From Hypanus sabinus (Eukaryota): a DNA stretch of 64,000 nucleotides. The stretch spans positions 96,968,001-97,032,000 of the forward strand of contig NC_082718.1 in NCBI RefSeq assembly GCF_030144855.1, given 5' to 3'. Below the pieces are notes generated by a model that saw only the letters and a list, made by a program, of their open reading frames with translations, was not told the origin of the DNA and did not search any database. Both the position numbers and the translations under genes were made by a program. Shown one piece after another: positions 12,301-24,150 of the stretch; the stretch's first letter is position 1; the number at the start of each line of letters is the position of its first letter.

Positions 12301-12839
12301 GGTAGATATGAGGCACGTTATTTATGTCCTAAAGGCTCAAGTTCAGATTGGGAGACCGAAAGATAGTTGAGATGACATGGAACAATGGTACACATATTGA
12401 TGGAAACTTCTTTTTTTTTCTTTTTGTTAAATTCTGTACAGGTCATAGTTCCCTCCTCCCAAAACTTCCATCTTAAGACCAGGCTTGGACTACTAACAAG
12501 ACCACAGCATTGATGTGCAGTTACACAATTAAAAAGAAAGGAGGAAAGGCTGAAAAATTAAACTTCAACTAGCACCTTAGACCCCACAGCCACTTATCTC
12601 CACTCAACAATATTCAATTGTAAATGCTCCAGGTCCAACCAGAAAGCAGGTTACATATGCTGGAGGAATTCGTCAGGCTTAGAGTTTGTCTCTGGACTTT
12701 ATGCAAATCGAAACCAAAAAGAGAAATTAAAGCATAGGCAGGAAGCTGATAGCCAAGAACATTTAACACATTTGGGACTTCCATATTTTAACAGTTTTTT
12801 TAATATTTACTCTGTTTAATGAAAATAGCCGATACTTAC

Positions 12840-12992
12840 ATAAAGAACGACAGCCAACGGTAGCAGATTGTGGTCAAACCCACAAACAGCGCCCTTGAGG
12901 TAGTCAATAAAGCCACTTCCAATTTTGCAGTCTTCCGTAGACTTTACAAATGAACACCACTGGGATCCATTCAGCTGCACCACGTTATGACA
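12840..12992 (-). CDS. SLC8B1: SLC8B1 coding exon 2 (Cys-rich N-terminal domain)
   Basis: CHNVVQLNGSQWCSFVKSTEDCKIGSGFIDYLKGAVCGFDHNLLPLAVVLY, 153 bp. TAG acceptor, GTAAG donor. Resembles the NCLX C..C..C..DYL..C..LLPLAV.LY pattern. Confidence 0.93.
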
Positions 12993-13087
12993 CTAGAAAG
13001 GAAACCAAGTTAGCAGCTTCAGTTCTATTCAGTATTTTCTAAAGAAAATACCATTCATTCTATTGCTCAGTGCTTTCTAAATGTTCA

Positions 13088-13700
13088 AAAGTTGAAAGCT
13101 CAAAGTAAAGTTTATTTTCAGAGCACATACACGTCATCACATACAACCCTGAGATTCTTTTTGTGTGGGCATACTTAGCAAATCTATAGAATGGTAACTT
13201 AACTAAACGTCAGGAACTATAAACTGTAAACAGTGAGATACAAATTAGTAGCAATAAATAATGAGCATGAAATAATACGTAGTTATCCCCTTTTGTTCAA
13301 GGGCCTAATGGTTGAGTGGTAGCAACTGCTCTTGAACCTGGTACTGCGAGCCCCGAGGCACCTTTACCCTCTACCTGATGGCACCACTGCATGGCCTGGG
13401 TGGTGAGGATCTTTGGTGATGGATGCTGCTTTTCTATGGCAATGTTTCATGTAGACGTGCTCAATGGTTGGGAGGGTTTCACCCGTGATGTACTGGGCCG
13501 AATCCACTACTTTTTGTAGGATTTTCCACTCAAAGGCATCGGTGTTCCCGTGGCTGGCCATAATGCAGCCAGTCAGCACACTTTCCACCTCACATCTATA
13601 GCAGTTTGCCAAGCTTTTTTGCTGACATGCCAAACCTCCGCAGACTCCTGAGGAAATAGAGGCGCGGTCATGGTTTCTTCACGATAATATTTATATGACG
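13088..13700 (-). mobile_element. Rex1/RTE-X-like LINE 3' fragment
   Basis: ORF 13364..13633 (YRCEVESVLTGCIMA...LQKVVDSAQYITG...KDPHHPGH). Confidence 0.75.
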
Positions 13701-16108
13701 GTTTAAATGCTGAGCATCCTGATGTATGCATCTTTGCTGTCAACTTTGACTGCCAACCATGTTGCTAAAAAGACGGAGGCACTTAAAAATATCAGAGAGA
13801 AGTTAGGGACTTTAACATGCATTCAAATTAAATATTGTCCATATAGAAAGTCTCCACTTTACAAATCATTGTGCTCAGACAACAGGATTTAAGTTTGGAT
13901 TTGTTTTCCTGCCTCCCCAAAGAGCAGGACAAGACAGTTTTGCTGAATTCCTTAAAGCTGACATGTAACATGTGTTCTGGTCAAATACAAGTTTGCCCAA
14001 AATGCACCCTTTTTTTTATCATCATATTCCTACACCAGTGAGAATTTTCACTTCAAATACTTTCAGCAGGTGACTTCAGTGCAGCAACTGAGGATTGAAG
14101 ACCTTTGACAGGAAAGCAAGGTGAGTTTTCTCCTTCAGTTAATATCCAGGAGACCAAACATCAAAAAAAAGATAAGTGTTGGGTGGGCTTCAACCAGCTG
14201 ATATATCCTATTCAAATTTATTCCGGTTTGAGGGACTTTGTTGTGTCAAAGTTAACTGCCAGACTTCACTTCATTGCAAAATAATTCTCAGCCAATGCCC
14301 AGAGGCCAAGAAAAGTGCAACAAACTGGTTATTTTTAACCAAATGGGACATTCAAATCAGGACTCTAATAGAAAAGATACCAATTAAGATTTAAGAAAAA
14401 TACACCGTACAGATAAGTTGGATAACTCCAAACAGATATTGAAATACTAAAACTTGCAAGAAAAAAAGCTTTCCTACTAATACTCTGGGATGCCATACTA
14501 TTTAGCTCTGACATTTCTTTCTTTAGCATAATTAATATGGCCAGCTGTCTACACACTAATCAGATTTCTTAAACTAGGAAACCAGCACATTAATTAATTT
14601 GATATAAATGCCAATCAACTCCAACCCAAATCCAATGACTACAGTGGCTAACTAACCATACAAGTTTTTAAAGAAGCGAGGGGAATGGGGAGCTCTTAGG
14701 GAGAATATACACAAACAGCACTAAGGTCAGGATCAAACTGAAGTGAACCAGCTGTACAACCAGAGCAAAGTAACATAACACAGCTGCAAAGTTCACCCAA
14801 CCAAGGGGAGTGGAAGGAAGATAGGTTACAGAAGGACTCGTTTTTAATACGCTGCTCATTAACAAAGGAAAATTACTGGAGCGAGGCTGCTGCTTAGTCA
14901 CTGGCAAACTTTTTTTTTGCAGATAACAAGCAGCTATAAACACTTTTCAGAACCAGACCTAACAAGTTACCTCGTTACTTCAAGAGAAAATCAACTTGTT
15001 TATAGTTTGACTCACTGAGTAGTGGAGTTTGGAATATTTATGGTAGTCAAGAACTAAACAGTCTAGGACATTTGCAAAGACTGGTGCAAAGAACCATGAC
15101 CAAGAAAGGAAAGTGTTTTGACAGTATTCAAACCAGAATGCTTACAAAATTTAAACCTTTGAGAACATTATTGGTATACTGCTCTCTGCCCACTACTAGC
15201 TTTAGATAAAATAGTTTAATATTTATATATTCCATTAGTGACAATAATTGACCTGGTCACTAATTGTGAGGATTAAGAAAACCTAGTTTAATCAATGCCT
15301 TAAGCTAAATTATTCACCACACCCTCAATACAACATTAAATCTTCCATTTGGAAATGTTGGCTACCATAAACAAAGTTGGAAGTTCACAGATATGGCACC
15401 CCTAGATTCATTTTCTTGCAGGAGTTCACAGTAGAATACATTAGATTTAATACGTGTTATGTGCACAAGAAAACAGACCGCATATATTAAAATTAAATAA
15501 TACCGGGAACAAGAGTTGTAGAGTTCTTGAACGTGAGTCCATTAGTCGTGGAATCAGTTCAGGGTTGAGGTGAATGAATTCTTTTGTGCTGGTTCAGGAA
15601 CCTGATAGTTGAAGGTAATAATTATTCCAGAATCTGGTGGCTTGGGACTTAAGGCTCTTGTACCTCCTTCCAGGTGACAGTAGCAGAAGAGAGATGGGCA
15701 TGGACGGTGGAGGACATTGAACAGGACACGCACCCCTCATTCTGCAATTAGCCCTTTTCAATGCCTCCATTCAAGGAACACTTTATAAAAACTCATCCTC
15801 ACCGCTTCGCTGAAGTGACGGACTGGTGTTCTTTTCTCATCTGGGAAGAGCACTACCATACAGTTAACCCAGCAAGACTGGAGGAAACGGTTGCTGCTTA
15901 CATTAACCGGGGAGGATATTCAACAGAGGATCTCGCGGTTACTCGTAAGAAATCAAAACTCATTTCCAACTTCTATTAGGTTATGAAATCAGAATGGAGA
16001 GAAAGCAAGCTAGAGATGGGGACTACTAACTCACGAAATTAACCAAGAGATAACATTTAAAAGCAAGATATCCAAGATTACATTTAGGTCAAGCCAGACA
16101 AGACATAC

Positions 16109-16306
16109 CTCAGTTGACCGACAGGTCGCTTCAAGTAGACCGAGAGAGCTTGCATTAAGAATGTTTTCAGACGAATGGAGCTCAATTATTCCAGCAACGT
16201 TTTCAAAGCGACGGGAATCGGGAGTCCCGTGGGACTCAGGTGCGTAACCCTTCGCAGTCCTGAGCCACAGAAGCCAGGCGATTACAGTGAGACAGCCCAC
16301 CTTCAT
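16109..16306 (-). CDS. SLC8B1: SLC8B1 first coding exon (signal-peptide-like N-terminus)
   Basis: MKVGCLTVIAWLLWLRTAKG...CRSTE (66 codons), with GCC-ATG Kozak context. GTATG donor at 16108, phase 0, fitting the next exon. AG acceptor at 16322-16321. Candidate upstream UTR-exon donors GTAAGT at 16548 and 16972. Confidence 0.8.
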
Positions 16307-16969
16307 GGCCGTGGGTCAGTCTAAAGAAAAGAACACGAATCAGCGCTCTTTCAGTTTGCGATTACCGCTCTACATTAATTATCCAGCAGATTAGGAAGTC
16401 GCTCAAGAAACGCTCGTTATCCCAACATAAATAAACCCAGGGAACCTATCAACCGCGAGCTTAGAAACAGCCGACATATTCAATTTACTCAAACGACATT
16501 AAAAAATAAAACCATGCTCCAACTCCACTCTGAAACCCCAGTACTTACACCAGGAAGTAAATACAACAAATAAAAGCAAAGGGGTTCACCAGGTTCACAT
16601 TCCTACATCCAGTAAATCAGAATAGCCCTATCCCTTGAGCAAATTGTTCTCCGTACGCAATGTTGTTGCCTCCTTCCTGAAAGGTAGCTGGAGTACTGGC
16701 CGATCAACCCACTTCACACTCCAAAAAAAACCACTAATAACCCTCAATCAACTCATTACTTCCTCGCCCTCCCCCTATTTAAATCAGTTCGTTCCAATTA
16801 ATGCGCAGGGTCAAGAAGAAGCACTGGCTCCGTTCGTGCTCTCATCTGCGGTCCGGTCCAACGTGAACCCATCACGCATTGAAGCAGACACGCTTTGAAA
16901 GGTCATTTCACGGACCTCCAATCAACGAGATTCGACAGATACAGCATCCCCGAATACAAATACGCAACT

Positions 16970-17200
16970 TACTCGAAATATTCCATATGTTGCTATAACG
17001 CTCCGCGAAAGCACACGCAAATCATCAAACACATTGACGTGACAATAAAATGTACAGCACAGGTATGCAAATGACTAGCATCTGGCAAATATAGTGAGGA
17101 GCTGGACTTTCACCCGCCACGAAACTTGTCAATCATACGCACCGGTGTCAGCTGATGTACCAGTCACGTGATGCGAGCTGGGGACAACATGGCGCTGGTC
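16970..17200. promoter_or_regulatory. Bidirectional CpG-rich promoter shared by SLC8B1 and PLBD2, with CLEAR/E-box motifs
   Basis: The genes diverge, with their ATGs under 900 bp apart. GTCACGTGAT at 17163-17172, GTCAGCTGAT at 17147-17156, and TTGACGTGAC at 17034-17043. CpG density is locally high. Confidence 0.7.
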
Positions 17201-17433
17201 AGCTGCTGTGAGGGACTTTGGTCCTCCATCCAGTGCCGGTCTTTCTGCGGAATGGCTGCTTGTTATCGTGTCCTGTCGTTGTTGCTGCTGGTCCTGGTGC
17301 CTCTGGCGGCTCCTGAGACGCTGCACCGCTCTGTCGTGCTCGATCAACGTAGTGGGAGGCTGAGAGTGGTTCGGGGGCTGCGGCGAGATGGGATCGCGTG
17401 GGCCAAATTCACAGACAACATCAAAACCACAGG
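17189..17433 (+). CDS. PLBD2: PLBD2 (phospholipase B-like 2, lysosomal Ntn-hydrolase) exon 1
   Basis: ATG at 17189 (AACATGG) or at 17252. Signal peptide MAACYRVLSLLLLVLVPLAA, then RSVVLD...GIAWAKFTDNIKTTG. GTACG donor at 17434. Confidence 0.88.
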
Positions 17434-17439
17434 GTACGG

Positions 17440-17890
17440 ACGGTGGGAGGAAGGAAGGTGGGGTGGCGGATGGGTAGGTGGCCGGGTGGGGGGGTAGATT
17501 GGCAAGAAGAGTATATAGCAGGTGGGCTGCGGGTACCGGTAGGATCACGAGGTGTAGGTAGATGGGGGTGAGGGGTGGGGTCGGGGGCAGAGGAGGGGGA
17601 GGTGGATGCGATTGGGTGTCGGGGGCAGAGGGGCAGGACAGGTGGGGTGGTGGATGGGCGCCTGGGAGCAGGGGATGCATGGTGGTGATGGGTGTTGGGT
17701 TGGGGAATGGATACTGGGGAGCAGGTGAGGTGAGATGGGGTGAGCTTCGGGGGCAGAGGAGGTGGGGTGGGAGATGCGTGGCTGGGGTGGGGGTGGCAGA
17801 GAAGGGTGTTCGGGGGATCTGGAGAGGGATCCATTTGGAGGCAAAAGGCTGGATGGGGAAAGGAGACAGGATAAGTCTAGATGGGAAGAG
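17440..17890 (+). repeat. G-rich low-complexity tract at the start of PLBD2 intron 1
   Basis: Many GGG/GGGG runs (GGGGTGGGG, GGGGCAGAGG repeats). It produces spurious Pro-rich and Gly-rich ORFs. Confidence 0.8.
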
Positions 17891-18185
17891 TGCTGGAGAG
17901 TGTTACTGTTGATCAATGAAGAGAGGAAGACTGACAACTTATCATAAATTAACTGTGCCAGTTTCCACAAATCCTCTTAATAGTCTCTAAATAAGGAATA
18001 TTATGTGAGGTTAAACATACATGCATATGTTTAACCTCTAACATTAAGGACATGTGTTTATCTTTCCTAAAGTATAGTAGATTTAAGTTTTTGCCCATCT
18101 TGCAAGTGTTGGTGATTCATATACTTCTCTGTTTTCAGTCAGTATGTTTAGCTTCCATTTATTTTACTTTTTCTGTCCTCCATAG

Positions 18186-18279
18186 CTGGTCCTACCTTGA
18201 ACTTGGTACTAATGGAACGTATGATGATAAAGTTCAGGCTTATGCTGCAGGAGTGGTGGAAGCTGATGTCACACGTCCA
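18186..18279 (+). CDS. PLBD2: PLBD2 exon 2
   Basis: (G)WSYLELGTNGTYDDKVQAYAAGVVEADVTRP, 94 bp, TAG/GTAAG. Confidence 0.95.
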
Positions 18280-19071
18280 GTAAGCTTTACTAATTGCTCT
18301 CAGATTCTAGTTTGCCGTGAAAGAAAAGATGTCAAGAAGGATTCAGAAGTGCTTCAAGAATTGTAATAACCAGAAAAAAGCTGAGTAGTGTACCAATAGT
18401 TATTTCACATTCAAAGCATTGGGCAACTATCTTAGGTTGTTACTGGAAATCGAAAATGTTAGATATATCTTTGTTATAAATTGTTCATTTTAAATATGAA
18501 TGAATCAGATATTTTGTTTGGCATCTTAATACCAATGAACTGCTATAACCAATGCAAACTTTTTTTCTCCAAACTACTCTGCATGTCACTTTTGTTCTGA
18601 ATGATCTCCCTGCTTTTACCCTTTAACAATTCTTTATAAATTAGACTATTAGGTTATTCTGCGGTGTGATGTATTGAAACTAAATCTGACCCTGACACCT
18701 GTCCCAAACATGTTGACTTTCTGTTTGGACGGTTATTACCAAATGAACATTTGATGTTTACGAGCCGAAGCTGACAGAAGCAGGGAGATCAAAAAGCCAG
18801 CAAACCAGGAAGCTTATAATTTATGGTCTGTATGGCTGCATATTTATGAATGAACTTGGCACTCTATTTTCTGCAGATGAGAAGGATCAATGGTGATCTC
18901 ATTGGGACATTGAAAATACTTAGAGAGCTCATTGTCTTGGAGTTAGAGGGGAGTCATTTCCCGGTTAGGGATTCCAGAACCAGAAAATCACAATCTCAAA
19001 GTATGGTGCCATTTAGTATTGAAATGGGAAATTTCTAAGTAGAGTGGTGGATCATTTGGAGTTCAATGTTC

Positions 19072-19600
19072 CAAGTAAAGTTTATTATCAGAGTACATAC
19101 ATGCCACCACATACAACTCAGAGATTCTTTTTCTGCATGCATACTCACCAAATCTACAGAACAGTAACTGGAAAGAGGATCAATTCAGGAGCATAGAAAG
19201 CAACAAACAGTGCAAATGCAAGTATAAATAAATAGCGATGAATAACGAGAGCATGAAATAACAAGATAAAGAGTTCTTAAAGTGAGATCATTGGTTGTGG
19301 GAACATCTCAGTAGATGAGTGTAATTATCCTTTTTTTTTGTGCAAGAGCCTTGAGGTTGAGGGGTAGTAACTGTTTTCTGAACCTGGTAATGTGAGTCCT
19401 GAGGCTCTTGTGATGGCTGCAGCAAGGGAAAAAAACATGGTCTAGGTGGTGAGGATCTTTGATGGATGCTGTTTTTGTATGACAGTGTTTCATGTAGATG
19501 TGCTCAATGATGTACTGGGCAAATCCACTCCCTGTTGTAGGGCTTGCCACTCAGGCTTTGGTGTTTCCATACTAGGCTGTGTTGCAGTTCCACGCACAAA
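19072..19600 (-). mobile_element. Rex1/RTE-X-like LINE 3' fragment
   Basis: FAQYIIEHIYMKHCH...KDPHHLDH remnant, with the same tail as the 13088 copy. Confidence 0.65.
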
Positions 19601-21425
19601 GCAAGTTAATCATTTTCTGCAAATCTCTAGGCATTGTACCTTTGCACTGTGCCTACTGGTACAGAAGCAAAAGTAGCGCTGAAATTACCACACTCCGCAT
19701 AGGTATTGAGAAATTGATTGTAATCTGGTAAGGAAGAAATCTGTTTTCCTTTGAATTGTACTCTGGCATTTTTAGAATACACACTTAATTTTCAATTAAT
19801 GTCCACTGCAAAGGACGGTAACATTGTCAATGCAAAATACTTAGCATGCCAAACTCAGTTTGGATATTGTGCTGGGCTCTAGGCATCGTGTGTGGTAGGA
19901 GTGGAGATCACAGAGGAAGTTCTATTCTTCTTTACAGGTTGAGGCAACAATCTAGGTAGATGGGTGGGAGTCAGCAAGTGCAGGATGTGGAAATAGGATT
20001 TGAGGAGATAGGTGGCAGTTTTAGGTGCTGTGAGCATGGCTGGGTAGAAGTGATCAGCGGCTCATTGATTTTGATGAGGGTTGTGAGGTAGGACTATGAG
20101 GCAAATGGGCACATCCTCAAATACAAGAACAGCTCTTTAGAAAAAGGATGAGGAGGAATTTCTTAACCCAGAGGGTGGTGAATCTGTTGAATTCATTGCC
20201 ACAGAACGCTGTGGAGGTCACGTCATTGAGTATATTTAAAGTGAAAGTTGACAGGTTCTTAATTAGTGAGGGTGTCAAAGGTTGCAAGGGGAAGGCAGGA
20301 GAATGGGGGTTAGAGGGATAATAAATCAGCCGTGATCAAATGGTGGAGTAAACTCGAGGGGCCGAGTGTCTAACTCTACTTCTGTATCTTGTAGTCTTGT
20401 GCTAAAGATTTAGTTCAAATGAGTTTTAGCTTTTGTATTTTTTTTTTGTTAGTTTATAAATGTCTCTAAAAGTTGGATATTGAAAGCTTTTAAAACTCAA
20501 TTTAATGTTTACCAACAGCAAAGACCCACCCAGCTTTGCTGGCTTTGAAAGGCTATCGGGCATTTTGCAGATTTTCTCACCTGAGGTCCCCACGGACATT
20601 GAAAGCAAAGTGTTGGTCTTGGGGGTGCAAAGTGCTGGTGAAACAGGCCCTCCACGTAGATGCAAAGTCTGTGAGGACACGAGGCGAAGGAAGTCGGGAA
20701 CAAGTGAGGACGATAGAGCAACCAGAACATGCATACCTTGACAATTTGAGGACTTGGATGAAATTACTGTGAGAATGAGGTTCAAAGTTCAAATTTCAAG
20801 TTCAAAGTAAATTTATTATCAAAGTGCATGTATGTTACCATATACAACCCTGAGATTTATTTTCTTGCGGGCATACTCAATAAATCCAATAGCCATAATG
20901 AAATCACTGAAAGATTGCGACAACAGGGCAGGCAACTAATGTGCAGAAGGTAACAAATACAAAATGAAAAAAATATATAATAAATATGAGCAATAAGTAT
21001 TGAGAGCATGAGATGAAGAGCCCTTGAAAGTGAGTCCATAGGTTGTGGGAACAGTTCAATAATAAGGCAAATTAAGTTGTCCCCTCTGGTTCAAGGTTCT
21101 GATGATTGAGAGGTAATACTTGTTCCTGAACCTGGTGGTTCCAATGCCACCATCTTCCCTTTCTAGTGGCAACAATGTGAACTTTGAAAATAAGGTTGAG
21201 AATTGTAAAGAAGAGGTGTTGCTAACTATGGGTCAATTAAAGTCAACATGTTTTAAAGTGGGTAAACAGGACTTGATTATATTCTGCTTCCCAGTTCAGT
21301 AATGATTGATTACAATTTGAAACAGATTTTCTTGTAACATTTTAATTGTTACCAGCATCGAATTCCCTGTATGTGTCCTTGTACTTGGCGATAATAAAGG
21401 ATTCTGATTCTGTTATGTTTTCCAG

Positions 21426-21599
21426 TATATTTATAAGCATTGGATGAATACATTATATAACTACTGTGGATCCTTCAAATATCAGACGACCTACTGTGAC
21501 AAGCTTAAAAATTACATTGAGACTAATCTGAAATGGATAGGAGAGAACTTGGCAGAAATTTCACTGGCGGATAAAGAAAATAAAGCATATTGGCATCAG
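21426..21599 (+). CDS. PLBD2: PLBD2 exon 3
   Basis: YIYKHWMNTLYNYCGSFKYQTTYCDKLKNYIETNLKWI...AYWHQ, 174 bp, CAG/GTAAG. Confidence 0.95.
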
Positions 21600-21647
21600 G
21601 TAAGATCAAACCTAGGTACAAAAGGACTTGAAGTCAAAACTGTTAAT

Positions 21648-22492
21648 GAATCAGAATCAGGTTTAATTCCACCAGCATATGTCATAAAATTTGTTAACTT
21701 TGCAGCATCAGTACAATGAAATACATAATAGAGAAAAAAACTGAATTACAATATGCATATATGTTAAATAAGTAGTGCAAAAATAGTACAAATTTAAAAA
21801 AGTAGTGAGGTAGTATTCATGAGTTCAATGCCCATTCAGAAATTGGATGACAGAGGGGAAGAAGCTGTTACTGGATCCTTGGCTGTGTGCCTTCAGGCTC
21901 CTATACTTCTTTCCTGAGGGTAACAATGAGAAGGGGCCATGTTCTGGGTGATGGGGGTCCTAAATGATGGTCGCCGCCTTTTTAAGGCATCGCTCCTTGA
22001 AGATGTCCTGGATACTATAGAGGCTAGTGCCCACGATGGAGTTGACCAATTTTGCAACTTGCTGCAGCCTAACAGGGATCCTGTGCAGGAGCACACCCTC
22101 CTCCCTCACCGTACCAGACAGTGATGCAGCCAGTTGGAATGCTCTCCACGGTACATCTGTAAAAGATCTGCGAATGTCTTTGACATACCAGATCTCCTCA
22201 AACTCCTAATGAAATATAGCCACTGTCTTGCCTTCTTTATAGCTACCTTGATACGTTTGGTCTAGGTTATGTCCTCTGAGGTCTTGATGCTCAGAATCTT
22301 AGATTTGCTCACTTCTGGTCCCTCTATGAGGAGTGGTGTGTATTTCTCTGATCTTACCCTTTCTGAAGACGGCTATCAGTTCTTTCGTCTTCCTGATGTT
22401 GAGTGCAGGGTTGTTGCTGCGACACCACTCAACTAGCTGATACATCTCACTCCTGTACGCCTTCTCACCATCTAAGATCCTGTCAACAATGG
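21648..22492 (-). mobile_element. Rex1/RTE-X-like LINE 3' portion
   Basis: Homologous to 5659-6690 (LVEWCRSNN.ALNIRKTKELI). GAATCAGAATCAGG tail. Confidence 0.75.
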
Positions 22493-23199
22493 GTGTAATT
22501 TCTAAGTTTGAATTATAAGAAAATGGGAGGGCAATTAATCTAAACATAGCACCCATCAGGGTGGTCACCATCTATGCAGAGACAGATGGAGATAGCAGGG
22601 CAGCGAACTGCCAGATGAGGTGATTGAGTTGAAATTTAAACCTGGTCTGCTGGATATTTCTACCAGCTTCTGTTCAGATATTAGATTTCCAGCATCCATA
22701 GCAATTTTTTGAACATGCGGCAATGCAGAGTTTAAAATCCATAGATTTGGCAAGTTGCAGATTGGCAAAACTGCACTGTCACAGAAAGCTTACTGCTTTT
22801 TCTACTTTGCCATGGTCGGGGAGTCTAGGACTAGAGGCACAGCCTCAGAATAGAGGGACATCCATTTAGAACAGAGATGGGGTAAGTTTTCTTTAGCCCG
22901 AGGGTGCTGAATCTGGAATTTATTGCCACGGATGGCTGTGCGACCAAATCATTGGATATATTTAAGGCAGAGATTGACAGGTTCTTGATTAATTAATCAG
23001 GGCATCAAAGGTTATGGGGGAAAGGCCAGAGAATGAGGTTGAGAGGGATAATTATGTAACAGGGAGAAAATTTTTTGTTAGCTGTGGTGATTGTGTGTCT
23101 GAAGTCCATGATAATGTGTTTTCTGTGACACGAGGATCAACCTTTGGCCCATTGTTCTGGCTCTGCATGCTCCCATGAGGTCAGATTATTTCAAAATAC

Positions 23200-24150
23200 A
23201 AGCTGAATTTCGAGAGTTTTACAGATGGCAGGCAATTGTACTCATCTGTTAGGACAAATGACCTGTATCTCTAAACCCTCTGTTCCGGTCTCTTACTAGC
23301 ATTACAGAATAGATGAGTTCAAATTTCCTTAAACTAAATAAACAAAAAACAGAAACTTTGGCTATTGGCAATAAAAAGTGTTAATCTTAGAAATAAACTT
23401 GATCAGCTGGCTTTTCAAATCAAGCCCAGCTTGAAGAATTTAGGCATCATTATTGACCATGAGCTAGACTTCAAAAATCACATAAACCATATTATTAAGG
23501 ATGCTTTCTTTCATTTTAGGAACATTGCAAAAGTTTGATTTCTTATAACAACTCAAGATGCAGAATAATTGATCCATGCTTTTGTTTTTAGACTATACTG
23601 TAATACACTCTTTTCAGGACTGGCTGAAAAAAGGGATGTAATTCAGCTGCAGCTTGTTCAAAATGCAGCAGCAAGAACCATAACCAAAATAACAAAATCT
23701 GGGCACATTTCATCAGTTTTGTCATCATTACACACCGGCTGCCTACGTCTTTTAGGATCAATTTTAAAATGCTCTTAATTGTATACAAGGCTCTGAATAA
23801 TCTAGCTCCTCTGTATATTTTGGAGTGTCTTTCCCCTTACATCCCTGATCATAATCTTAGATCCATGAATCCTGGTTTGCTTGGTGCTCCCAGAGCCAAG
23901 CATATACAAATGTAAAAACTAGAGGAATGTAAGGTGGGGGGGTCATATGTGAGGCAGGGTTTGAGGGTCAGCACAACATTGTGGACCGAAGGGCCTGTAA
24001 TGTGCTGTACTATTCTCTATGTTCTATATATGGTAATGTAACCTTTTGTTCTTGTGCACCAAAAATCTGGATTACTATTCCAACTGAGATATGCCAGTGG
24101 AACATTTCAAAACACTTCTAAAAACCTTTTTAAAAATTTGGCCTACTTAT
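23200..24150 (+). mobile_element. L2-clade LINE fragment
   Basis: NLGIIIDHELDF..HI and IHAFV..RLYCNTLFSGL...LQLVQNAAARTIT...HISSVLSSLH, typical of the L2 ORF2 C-terminus. Confidence 0.75.

Noticed and set aside
17129-17970. Long Pro-rich and Gly-rich ORFs on both strands
   Set aside because: By-products of the G-rich intron 1 tract and the antisense of PLBD2 exon 1.
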